Assembly: GCA_002269645.1 (NCBI GenBank)
Contig: NIVC01000976.1
Location: 310,001-374,000, forward strand
Direction: 5' to 3'
DNA length: 64,000 nucleotides
Source of the DNA: Macrostomum lignano
Taxonomy: Eukaryota
The position numbers and the translations under genes were made by a program. This document shows, one piece after another, positions 53,477 through 64,000 of this stretch. The number at the start of each line of letters is the position of its first letter. Position 1 is the first letter of the stretch. The notes beneath the pieces are model-generated. The model saw nothing but the letters and a program-made list of their open reading frames with translations. It did not search any database and was not told the origin of the DNA.

Positions 53477-54860
53477 CTGTGCATTCGTGAGCGTGAAAGT
53501 TTGTTCGTGTATGAACTGAATCTCGGAGCTGGTGATTGAGAAGGTGATAACTTCTTCGTATCAGCTGCGTATCCCCTTTATAATTCTCAAGAAGTAGGGA
53601 TGGTATAGCAAAATCCACCACTGCTTTGACTACAGAGTTGCCCAATGTCTTTGAGTAAAAACTATTTCTGGCTGAAACAAAGAAAAACTTTACTTTTGTG
53701 GGTGAGAACTTAGCTGATGTCAAAACACTCTCTACATAATGTTTTGATATTGCGTTCTTGTGACAACTGGGCTGCCTTTGAGGTCCCAGACTCTACATGC
53801 CCGTAAGCTAGCGCAAAAATTCTTAATCGACTTGGAATCGCTTTGAAATCTATTTGCATAAATAAAATTTTTACCTGTATGAATATGGTGTAAAAAACCA
53901 CTTTTAAGCTTATTGCCCCTGAGTTATTTTCTGATGCTAGTAAGAATTAATTTGGCCATCAATGAAAACAGACAGTTTAGTATTTAGACAGGAAAAACGC
54001 CTTGTGATTGGGTTGATAGATACACACTAACACACCTAGTCCGCTATAAAGTGCGCGGTGGACGTATCGAACCGCTTGCATCGCTGAATTCCATCCTAAT
54101 GAAGTCACGTCCTCCTCTATCGATTTAGCACCCTTATGCCTTAGCTGCAGGGCGGTCCGAAGACGCAGCGGGGAGGCGAGCGTCGCCCATTCCGCTAACC
54201 CTTATGCCTACTTGGGAAGCGACGAACTATAAGCTACTGATTTAACGAGGCTCAGAGGACAAATAACTGCGGTACAAACCGGTCAGAACCTGCCAAAAGG
54301 TTTAGGTAGCATTCAATTTTGAGCACAGTTCCCCTAAATGTCCGTTAATCGTTGAAGTCTGCTAGAGTCCGCTAACTTTTTTTCGTTAGCGTTAGATTTT
54401 TTCCTTGGCTGATTAGTGATTTCCCCTAATTTTATCAGTTTCGCTGATATCAAGTCCGCTAATCTTGACTCCCATATCTATAATGCGTCCTTGGTCTCAT
54501 TACTGGTCTTGCAGTAAGCGCCGGGCATGATATTGCACCTTGGAATTTGTAACTGCACTTGCTTTGTATAATCATATTCTGATATTTTCATTTGACAGGA
54601 CTGTTGAATGTCGACCGACCACTGTGTAGCTCAATAGCAATAAAAATGAGTTTAAAGCCTATGATACAGTGTACATAGTGGTCCAGAGAGGTCTTCTGGA
54701 TAAGAAACAGGGTTTTCTCTGCATTGGGTTGATGGATTGAGCTGAAACTTGACCTGTTTAAACCTTGTTTTTATGATTTTATGATTTTTTTACTTAAAAT
54801 CTTGGTACTTGCTTTAAAAATCATGAAGTTGACGCGAATGCCAGTCCCCGACCGACTGGG

Positions 54861-55460
54861 ATGCCGTGTCTGCTCGTCAAAGACTTTGTCGACGACCTGT
54901 CGGGCCAAGCAGACGAGCTGCTCACCCGGGGCAGCTCAGGCGGACTGGTGCTCAAGAAGTCGACAACTAAATTAGACGGCATGACAGTCGGTCAGTGGCT
55001 ATCAGGCAGCATGAGGATCCTGCTGCAGATGCTCGACGAAACGTCGCCTCAGGTAACTAACAAGGGCCAGCCGTACACCCCGGTGGAACAAGCCAAGGAC
55101 TACGCCCAGTACAACATCCAAGTGGCTGAGCTTTTCGACCGATTCCCAGTGCACCGGGTGGTCCGATTCGACCACGACTACCGCCAGCACCGCGCCGCCA
55201 ACAGTCTCCGCTGGGGCAAAGACTGCTCCCAGATGTCTATCAGGCACCTGCTCAGCACCAAGAGTGACCAGCAGAACCAGACAGCCAGGCGTCCCCAGCC
55301 TAACAAGAACCGCATCGTTGGGCCGCGAACATCCTCAGGCCGTGAGCTCTGTCTGTCTTTCAACAGCACCAACGGATGCTCAAGAACGAACTGCCGCTTT
55401 CTGCATGCCTGTCGAGTCTGCGAGGGCAACCACTCCGAGCAGAATCACGCAAAAGACTGA
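54861..55460 (+). CDS. gag-like ORF with C-terminal zinc finger (probably N-terminally truncated)
   Basis: CLSFNSTNGCSRTNCRFLHACRVCEGNH, a Cys/His pattern typical of YR-retrotransposon ORF1; also YDxxYR-like RFDHDYRQHRA. Confidence 0.8.
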   Translation: MPCLLVKDFVDDLSGQADELLTRGSSGGLVLKKSTTKLDGMTVGQWLSGSMRILLQMLDETSPQVTNKGQPYTPVEQAKDYAQYNIQVAELFDRFPVHRVVRFDHDYRQHRAANSLRWGKDCSQMSIRHLLSTKSDQQNQTARRPQPNKNRIVGPRTSSGRELCLSFNSTNGCSRTNCRFLHACRVCEGNHSEQNHAKD

Positions 55461-57190
55461 GAAAGTGCGCTAATTGCGCGCGCACAGCCGATTTTACGCG
55501 TTCTGATTTTAACAACCCGACGCAGCCTGCCCCAGCGGCAGGCCTCCTCAGGCCGCCTACTCAAATCTCTGATCTGACGCGGCCGTCTGGTGATCTCCGA
55601 ATCGACGCCTGGCGCCTGGAATTCGCCGGTGACCACGACGCTGATTTTATTCTTGACGGCATCAAGCATGGCTTCCCTATTGCTGATGACCTTGATTTTA
55701 CGCCCTGTTTTCTAAGCAACTACCAATCCGCCTACCAAAAGCGCGACCAAGTCCAAGCAGCCCTAGAAGAAGAAATCCGTCTGGGCAGATGCATCATGGT
55801 GGCGGACAAGCCCACGATGGTCTGCCCGCTCGGCGTGATTCCTAAGGACAGCGCCAGCATCCGGCTGATCCATGACTGCTCCGTTCCTCACGGCCAAAGC
55901 CTGAACGACCACTACGCACAGCAGCGCAAGCTCCGCTTCAATTCTGTCGATGAGGCCGTCAGGTTAATGCAGCCGGGCTGGTTCATGGCGAAGGTTGAAA
56001 TCGCATCCGCCTACCGTGCTGTGCCCATTTCTCCGCAGTGCTACCAAGCCACCGGGATCCACTGGGACTTCGGTGACGGGCGCTCGGCTTACATAGTGGA
56101 CACGCGGCTACCATTCGGCAGTCGTGCCTCTGTCAGCATCTTCCATCGTCTCACTCAAGCGGTTCGGCGTATGATGTGCCGCAAAGGCTTCCTAGCCACC
56201 ATCGTCTTCATCGATGATTTTCTTGTCATGGCGAGGACAGAAGCTGAGTGCAACCGAGCCTACTGCGAGCTGCGTAACCTACTCACCGAGCTTGGATTCG
56301 TCATCAACGAGAAAAAAGCCGTGCCACCAACAACCAAGCTGTGGTTCCTGGGGATAGACATCGATACCGTGCAAGCGAGCCTCTCTTTCCCAGCTGACAA
56401 AGCCAAGAAGCTTCAGTCCCTGCTTCACACCTGCCTGTCGCAGCAAGACGTATCGAAGTCTGAGTTGCAGAAGCTGCTAGGGCATCTCAGCCATATGCAC
56501 TACTGTTCAGCACGGTCGAACCTTCCTGCGCCCGCTCATCGATCTCACCAATAGCCTGACGCGTCCGTCCGACCGTGTTCAAGTTACGGTGGAGCTCAGA
56601 TCTCAGCTGGAGTGGTGGACGATCGCGTTGAGCATTCTGCCGCCAAAGTCCGCTTGGCCATCGCGTCGGCCGGCCGCCGCTATCGAGTCTGACGCCTGCG
56701 ACGCAGGCGGCGGTGCGGTGCTGTACTTCGACGACAGTGACTCGACCTGGCTTTTATTAGCTGGCAACTCGACTGCGGTAGCGAGTTCGAAGGGCTCCAC
56801 ATCAACCTCAAGGAGTGCGCCGCCCCTCTGGTCGCTATCCTGAAGCATCAAGAGGCCCTCAGCGGCTGCTCCGTTGCGGTGTACACGGACAGCACCGCTG
56901 CCTGCGGCATCATCAACTCTAGCTCGGCCAAGCATCGCAGCATCGCCGACCTGCAGAGGCTCGTCACTCTGACCTGCATCCAGCGTGACATTATCGTGCG
57001 TGCGTACCACGTGCCTGGCCGCTTTCAGCTTCTCGCGGACCCGCTATCCAGAGCTAACGACCCTAGCCAGCTTGCTAACTTTCTTTTTCGTTTCTACGGC
57101 ACCTGCTACGTGCCTACCCGCTTGCTTGCATCTGCTTGCTTGAGTCCTGCCGCTGCTTCTCACCTTCTTTTTCAGGTCCGCCTCCTGTGT
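55376..57190 (+). pseudogene. Reverse transcriptase and RNase H of the YR retrotransposon (frameshifted)
   Basis: CPLGVIPK, IRLIHDCS, KVEIASAY, RLPFGSRAS, VFIDDF and FLGIDID; RNase H IESDAC, VYTDSTAA, HVPG and LADPLSR, in shifting frames. Confidence 0.88.
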
Positions 57191-57254
57191 TCTCAGTGCC
57201 TAGCCTCAGCTCGTCCGCCCGCCAACTGCTCGGCCGTGGCTTCGCAAGCTCAAC

Positions 57255-58759
57255 CAGCGCCTCCTACGCCACCCAGTGCGCATCCTGGTTGCGGTTCTGC
57301 GAGGCCCATGGAGTTCAGCCACTGTCAGCGCAGCCTGCCGACGTGTGCAACTACCTGGCGGAGCTGGCCGGAAACCGACTGTTCTCCGTCAGCAGCCTGT
57401 CCTGTCACCTCGCAGCCGCACCACTCAGATCAACCAGTGGGTGGCTTCTAAGCACAGGGAGAGGTGGGCTAACGCCCCCGACTGCTGGCAATCCCGCGCG
57501 GCTGTCCCCTGTCCCTCCTCCGCCCTACGCAGGGCCCTACTTGGACTCAACCGCAGGGACATCAGGGCGGTGACCATGGCCCTCTCGGGTCATGGCTGCT
57601 TTGCCAGGCATCGTTACCTCCTGGAGAAAATCCGCAGTGAGGAATGCCCTTTCTGCCTCTCCGGTGTCGAGAATGCGGAGCACTTCATCTGTGAATGCCC
57701 CACCTTTACTCAGGACAGGCTCACCTACCTCGGCCCAAACCCGGACCTCTCCGACGTTTTCAGGCCCGAAAATCTCTGCCAGCTCGTCCGCTACCTAAGG
57801 GCTACCGGGCGAGCGACAATCCACCTCCTGGACTCTCCGGAGGGGGACCGCGCTGCGGACGCCGGCACCACCGGAACTCCCTGCGCGACACCACAGCACT
57901 AGCTGCCCGTGGTCGCCAGGGGTTAGCGAAATGGGCGGCAATGCCTCCTCGCTGTTTCCGGACGCGCGGAGCCCCCTGCAGCTAAGTTAAGTAAGTAAGT
58001 CACCTCGCAGCCGTGTCCTGGTTCTACAAGGCGAACGGTGTGGTCCACCCTACCAAGCAGTCACTGGTACAGCTCGCGCTGCGCGAGCCCGACGGCTCCT
58101 TGGTGCTGCCCCAAAGAGCAAGAAAGCGTTGCTGCCAGCCGACCTCCAGCGACTGCGCCGAGCACTGCGGCCAGAGGAACCCGGTGACTGCGCGTTCTGG
58201 TGCGCCTGCATTGTTGGATGGTGGGCCATGCTGCGACGGGCCAATTTGTGTGTCGCCAGTCGGTTCGACCCCCTTCAAGACCTCAGCGCGAGTTGCATCA
58301 GGCCGGCTAGTGCCGGCGTTATTCTCGTCATTCCGAGGTCGAAGACCAACCAGTTTGGTGCACGCCAGCACCGAGTCTTTTTGCCCCGGCTCCCAGCCGG
58401 CAATCGACTTTGCCCAGTTGCAGCACTCGAGAAGCAGCTGCTTATCAACCATCCACAAGGTGCTCAGCATCATCTTTTCGGGGCCCGCAGACGTGGAGCC
58501 CTCGCGCCGCTCACCGCGCGCACCTTTGCCAGGCGGCTGGAGGCGGCCCTGCGGGCGGCTGGGTTTTCAGAGCCGGCCCGCTTTTCCGGACACTCGTTGC
58601 GGCGGGGGGGGCGCCACGTCCGCCGCGAATGCCGGCATCCCCGTCGACGCTATCATGCGGGTCGGCGACTGGGCAAGCAGCGCGGTAGAGCGGTACCTTC
58701 CGCCATCGGTGGAGCGCAGCGGCCCGCTTCGGCTGGCGTCCCACCTTCCGTCTGAGTGA
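57255..58759 (+). pseudogene. Tyrosine recombinase of the YR retrotransposon, split by a LINE fragment
   Basis: [13 protein letters not shown]...SLSCHLAA [insertion] VSWFYKANG; catalytic motifs LRRAN, SKT, HSLRRG, GDW and ERY; two frameshifts. Confidence 0.9.
57419..57998 (+). mobile_element. 5'-truncated LINE (3' 580 bp) related to the 12933-18317 element
   Basis: 15-bp TSD GTCACCTCGCAGCCG at 57404-57418 and 57999-58013. It encodes [30 protein letters not shown] and has a TAAG-repeat tail. Confidence 0.92.
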
Positions 58760-59698
58760 CCTTCACCTCTCGTTTTCTTGGGAGTTTTGGGCTCGTTTCG
58801 CCCGCCTTTTCGTCGCCACCCCCTGCGTTTTCTCCTCGTTCCTTTCGGTTTGGTTGGCTAATGAATCATTTGGGCTTTATAAGACGGAATGCTGAAGACC
58901 AGCCTAACGCTGCTTTGAGCACTTTGAGCACTAGCCGGCAGCTAGAAGTAAATGTAAATGAGATGAGTATTTATCTCATGAAACATAATTAGCGGTACTT
59001 CTAAAAATATTAACGATGTCCAACTTTAGTAGCATTCAAGAATATCCCCTACGCTACTGGAACAATACAATAGAATTTTTATTTAGTCGATTGCGCGCTG
59101 TAAAAGTGCAAACAGCGGGGTCTAATTAAAACCTGTTTTTCAGTGATAATGCCACTGAAAATGGGACGTGCCGGGTTGAGGCTCTGGAGCTCAATAATTA
59201 GTCAGTAGTTCACTGCACCTTGGGGGCGGAAATTACCTTTTTCGTCGCCAGGATCAATACAGATAGCAAATGCCAACAAAACGGCAAGACAGAGTGAAGG
59301 ATGTGAATGCAATAGGAGCAAAGACGATGGGAACAAATCTCTTTGTCAAAGTCAACTGCGCTTGTATCAGGACAGAAAGCAATGGAAATCCGGCCTTCAT
59401 GCTTTTATCCCAATATAGTATCAGCTCAGCAGTAAAAGACGCAATTCATCCTCGTGAGAAAGAAGAAGCTGACACAGAAAATTCGGAACACAGAAAGCAA
59501 ATCAGTGCAAAAAGTCAATTGTCAGAGAAGCAATTGGCAAAGCGCTATTAATGGCTTCTTTACTTCGCGTCTCCCGAATTCAAATAAACTCGTATATTGG
59601 TCCAAAATAGCAAAGAGCACACATTTTTGTTCTTGAAAAGCTAAAGTTAGCCAGACATTTAGCGAATCTATAATGCTACAATTAACAGTTGAACTCAC

Positions 59699-61920
59699 GT
59701 GACACTTGAGCTCTGCGTAGTGACGGTAAGAACGGTGAGCAGGCTGAGTGTTATCCTCGCCGGGGTAGCGTGGTGGTCAATCCAGAAGGACACCCAAGAC
59801 AGTACAACTACCAGGATGCTGGGGATGTACACCTGGATGAGGTAATAGTTGAACTTGCGCCTCATGTGTAGATTCACACTGAGGCAGGTGAACCAGCCTG
59901 GTCAGAGAGGTTTAGAATTATTTCGGTATATAAAATTTAATTTACCAAATTCGATTTTTTTAATAAATTAATTGCAAATACAACAAATTTCACTGTTTCG
60001 GTTCTTGAGCTGCTACAGATTCATGGGTCAACTTAGGAAACGACAAATCACTAACAAGGAGTCACTAAACTGCACATCAGCTCCAATACGGTAGAACATC
60101 ACCTGCGCTTTCATCACCCAAAGCATGAATTTTAGTTAGTTGCAGAGGCATTTCCGCCGGTTTTAAACTCACCTGTCACCTCATATCCGGACGTGCAGTT
60201 ATGCAACGTGAACTTTACCACATCGTACTCAGGCAGTGATTTGGCCACTTCGCTGAGCACTACCGCGGCCTCAGCGTCCCAGCGCAGTATGATGTCCGAG
60301 GTGGTGTATCCGACTGCAGATAATTGTGCAACAAGTCGCGATAGAGCCGTCGTAAATCAATAAACTAAATAGAATTATAACTTGCTTGATTACTCACAGC
60401 TGCCAAAAACAATGCTGCAGATTTGGCTGTCCATGGGATAAAGCTCCAACTCGAACTCACAGGACAGTGTCAGAGTGTATCTGTTGTTGGAAAAGAGTAG
60501 AAACGTTAATTCTTACACGACTCTACCTTGCTACAACATTCTCACTGGCGCTGTGTTAACGGCTGCAAACAGAAAATAACAATAACCTGCGGATTTCTCA
60601 CTTGGTACTAAGGATGACGCGTCCCTCAGGCGAGACCTGCAGCAGGATGTTGGGCACCGTGATTTTGTGAGAGAGGCCGGCCTTCTCGTTCAGAAAGTAG
60701 ATGTCGGGCTGCCACACCTTATCCACCATGAAGCCGATGCTGAGCATATTTGTTATTGAGCTGTTATAGGTAAGCCGGTCGTCGTACCAGATTCTCCGAA
60801 AGTACATCGACGTGGAAAAGTCCTGCGTTTTTCGCGGGAATACCTCAGAGTCAGAATTATATTTGTCACGTGTGTTTAAGTCTTAAGTAAATTGAACTTT
60901 ATATATCAAAGTCTCCGAGGGTACGATCATTTTGAAATAATTTTAATTGCGTCATCATACCAGGTATATTATTTTGCGAGCAAACAGTTGTGAAAATCAT
61001 CGTAGCTTTAAATAGAATCCGATTCTCTCGATTCTCTTATAGAATCTACTCACAGGTGTCACATCTATCTAATTGCCTATAAGAATTTCTCTTATGAAGT
61101 CGATGCAAATTTTTAAGCAATAAATCTTGTCTCATTTATAAATTAATAAATCATTAATAAATCATTGATGCTTTGCTCCACCGATTTTTATAAAATTTTG
61201 CTATTGCTAGTGCATAGAATATTCAGGCAATTTATGTGCTTGCCACTCGGGGATTATGTGCCAGTCTGTATCACTAATTATACTCAACAACATAAAAAAG
61301 TCGCCACCTTTGAGAGTACGCAGTAAATTCCAGCTCAGTATTGACTTTTGAGTGACGCAACTTGCGCCACGCGACGCGACGCGACGCAGAGCTGGGCTGG
61401 GTGAGGGGGATTGGGAAGAGCGGAAGGCGAAGATTGGATGGATTGAAGCTTCTGCCCGGTGTTCATTGCTTTTTCAAGCATTTTTTAATATCAAAATGGT
61501 TGGCCAGGTGATAGACGCTGGTTGAAAGACACTGGGGCAAAGGGTGGCGACTTTTCAGTGTTGCTGAGTATATATCCATTCACATAACCTACAAGTGGAG
61601 CCATATTCTTCTTAGGCTATTTGTGCAAGGATATCCAAGCTTACCATACTGGCCTCATTTGTAGCCGTGACTTCAACAATGTGAATGCTGATGTTCACGG
61701 TCACGGGCACGCGCTTCTCCAAGTCCGGCCTCACCCGGCTGGTGTAGGGCGGGGCCAGTAGACTGGACGCCAGAGTTGTCAGCGCATACGACTGCGCGCC
61801 ACTTGCGGTGGAGTTCAAAGCGGGACTGTCAGGGGGTGCCGCGGTGCTGGCAGTGAACTCGATCAGCAGATACATCAGCAGCAGGAGCAGCAGAAATCCC
61901 AGCGCCTGTCTGCGCTGCAT
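59699..61920 (-). CDS. Anion-selective Cys-loop ligand-gated ion channel (GlyR/GluCl-like), exons 1-5 (61920-61645, 60822-60602, 60480-60398, 60313-60173, 59897-59699)
   Basis: Signal peptide, then [25 protein letters not shown], Cys-loop [15 protein letters not shown] and FGYTTSDI. Loop-C pair [15 protein letters not shown]1 [23 protein letters not shown] and M2 [14 protein letters not shown]. All GT-AG phases are consistent. Confidence 0.95.
61281..61570. mobile_element. MITE family A, copy 3 (channel intron 1), TA TSD
   Basis: TA|TACTCAACAAC..AAAAGTCGCCACCTTTG ... CAAAGGGTGGCGACTTTTCAGTGTTGCTGAGTA|TA. Confidence 0.9.
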
Positions 61921-64000
61921 GGTTGCAAAATTTTAGTGGAAGCGATTTCTTGTGAAACCTTAGGAGTCCGCTAATGAGCTATCAGCCGGGCTGATACGCT
62001 GCTGCAAATTTTGACTGGCAGCCTTTCTCTACCTGACACAGGACCCTGTTGTTCTAAATACGCCTGCTCAACCCGGCTCTCTCCTCCGTGCCACTAAAGC
62101 GAAGAGGCGCCCGTCGCGCCAGGACGAATCAGCGAGCGAGAGGCTATCGTGCGCACATAAGCAGTTAATATTGTACGCCCAATAATTAACAACTTTTTTA
62201 TATGCCGCTGGGTCTCTTGCTCTAAAGGAAGCTGATATGCACTTGAGACCCCGCGGGTGATGGAGACGAGATGGGTAAAAGGCAAGAGATACTACCAAGC
62301 AAGTAATTGCATGTTTCAAATGATGTGGCATGAGAGCGGGGTAAGAAAAGCGAGGCAGAAATCTACATTCAACAATACCTATTTTTGAGCATTGAATTTA
62401 CATTGCTCAAAATTCTAGAGTACTCAGGTTATTTCGACCGCCCACAGTCACCAGTAGCATGCGAGAGGTTCTAGTTAAAGTTCATTCATAGTTAATGAAT
62501 TTGTCAAGCACACCGGAACCACTGTGCTAGTCAGGTCTAGAAACAGGTAGGCTGTGGGTGCCAGGTGAAGGATGGTTGATCCAGTGCAAAACCAGTGCTT
62601 CTGGGTTAAAATTAAAACAAAACTTCTGCGATTTGAAGGTTGCATCATTAAGGTCGCAAAGTCACATGCTACGAATTTGCATCCCTAATTTGTTGCTAAG
62701 ACACTATCCTAGCCTTTCATCTACCTTACAGGCTTACGAATGCACAGCTGACTTATTCAGTGGCTTGTTTGCTTTAGTTGAGGCGGTAGAATTTCAGTCG
62801 AAGTTGCTTCAGCCTAATTGCTTTTTCGAATTGGTTTTTGTTCAATTAGTAGTTTCGGCCGTCATGATCAACATCTACTACTCATCGATGATTCCTCGTT
62901 GCTGATGGCATGCTCCTGAATCGCTGCGGTCGTGAAACTGTGACAGGTGAGCCAAAACCACCTTGATTCTAGGCTAACTTTATATCCCATAAGCAGTTAC
63001 TTTTGGGTGCCCATTTCGGGTGAAAGTTTAGCAAATGCACTCGTACTAATGTGGCTTCCTATGGATATACAAACAAATGATGCTTGGAACTTGCATTGAT
63101 CATAGCTGAGAATAAACATGTACATTTCTTTATCGAATAAATATGCAAGAAATCTAAATAAATTACCCGCATCATCAGAATGTAAAGCATGAAGTAGATT
63201 AACAGTAAAAATAAATGTATCGATTTATTTAACCAGATTCGCATTAAAGAAAAATTCTCGACATTAATTTTAGCTGAATCATACTTAGTAGACTAAGTTA
63301 CTGTTAATTGTGCTCTGTGCAAATACAGAAGCTATAGATTATTAAATCACCTGACGCTCATCTTAACTTTAAGCTGCCGGATGGTCAGCAGAGCTGACCA
63401 TGGACCATCAGCCTTTACTGCTGGTAATTTTTGGAGTCTATGGTAAAATAAAAGTTTTGTGCTGCACAGTAGCCGTTCCTGCCGAGCATGGTCAGCAGCG
63501 CTGATCATACGAAAAATGGGTGAAAAAAGTCCTACTTATCTGCAGTGGAATGCAGCGACTCGGTTTTAGCATTCTCTGTGATTCAGAATCCGATGTATGC
63601 AAAATTTCCATGGTTGCAGCTGATTTACTTTTCAATAAATTGATGCACTACTCGTATTAAGGAGGTGCAGTGCTTTCTCTTTCAAAAAGGCCTGTTTGCC
63701 GATTTTAAAGTGAACTGTAGTGTCTATTGCTAGACATCGAGTGTACACGCTGCATAATCTATATAGAGAGCATTAAGTGAAATGCACTTTGAAACTGCTT
63801 TTTTCGACCCTAGATTTGTCCAAGCCAAGTAAGTATAAAATGCTCCCTTCTCGGCTAGAAAGGCTTTGCACAGCGGCGCATTAAGATTCTAGCTATAGTC
63901 TATGGTCAGCCCAGCTGACCATTTCGGCAGGAACGGAGCTTTTGTACGAGTATTTGTAGCTCCGGTGCGAAAAGGTTAAACTTAAGTGTAATTGACAGTG

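Larger units (their letters stand above)
54830..58870 (+). mobile_element. Tyrosine-recombinase retrotransposon (Ngaro/DIRS-like), decayed and probably 5'-truncated, in channel intron 5
   Basis: Order is gag-like ORF, RT, RNase H, then YR. There is no DDE integrase. Boundaries are approximate. Confidence 0.9.

Overview
This is eukaryotic (metazoan) genomic DNA, rich in spliceosomal GT-AG introns and repeats. The (CTGT)n/(GACA)n tracts and poly-Q/A/G/S exons are reminiscent of a flatworm such as Macrostomum, but that is inference only. I assembled six host genes by hand from splice sites and reading phase: (1) a 2-exon WCPPC tryparedoxin/nucleoredoxin-like thioredoxin; (2) a 4-exon secreted EEP-fold sphingomyelinase-C-like enzyme with a small N-terminal Cys-rich module; (3) a GT31 beta-1,3-galactosyltransferase-like gene that appears to need a GC-AG intron; (4) an EVA-1/EVA1C-like receptor with two SUEL-like lectin domains and a TM helix (first exon not found); (5) an intronless LRR-mucin-TM protein; (6) a complete 7-exon anion-selective Cys-loop channel (GlyR/GluCl-like). 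Mobile DNA is abundant and often nested. A full-length, open-ORF RNase-H-bearing LINE with a (GTAA)n tail and a 13-bp TSD sits 3 nt inside a splice donor of the sphingomyelinase gene. A decayed Ngaro/DIRS-type tyrosine-recombinase retrotransposon lies in a channel intron, and its YR gene is split by a 5'-truncated relative of that LINE. A Helitron helicase remnant is split by a THAP-bearing element with an 8-bp TSD. There are also hAT, MULE and Tc1 derivatives, a 3-copy MITE family, a foldback element, tRNA-derived SINE heads and several satellites, including a 2.4-kb GGGAAAACCTC array. I see no prokaryotic systems or CRISPR arrays. Most long ORFs in the supplied track over repeats are artefacts.
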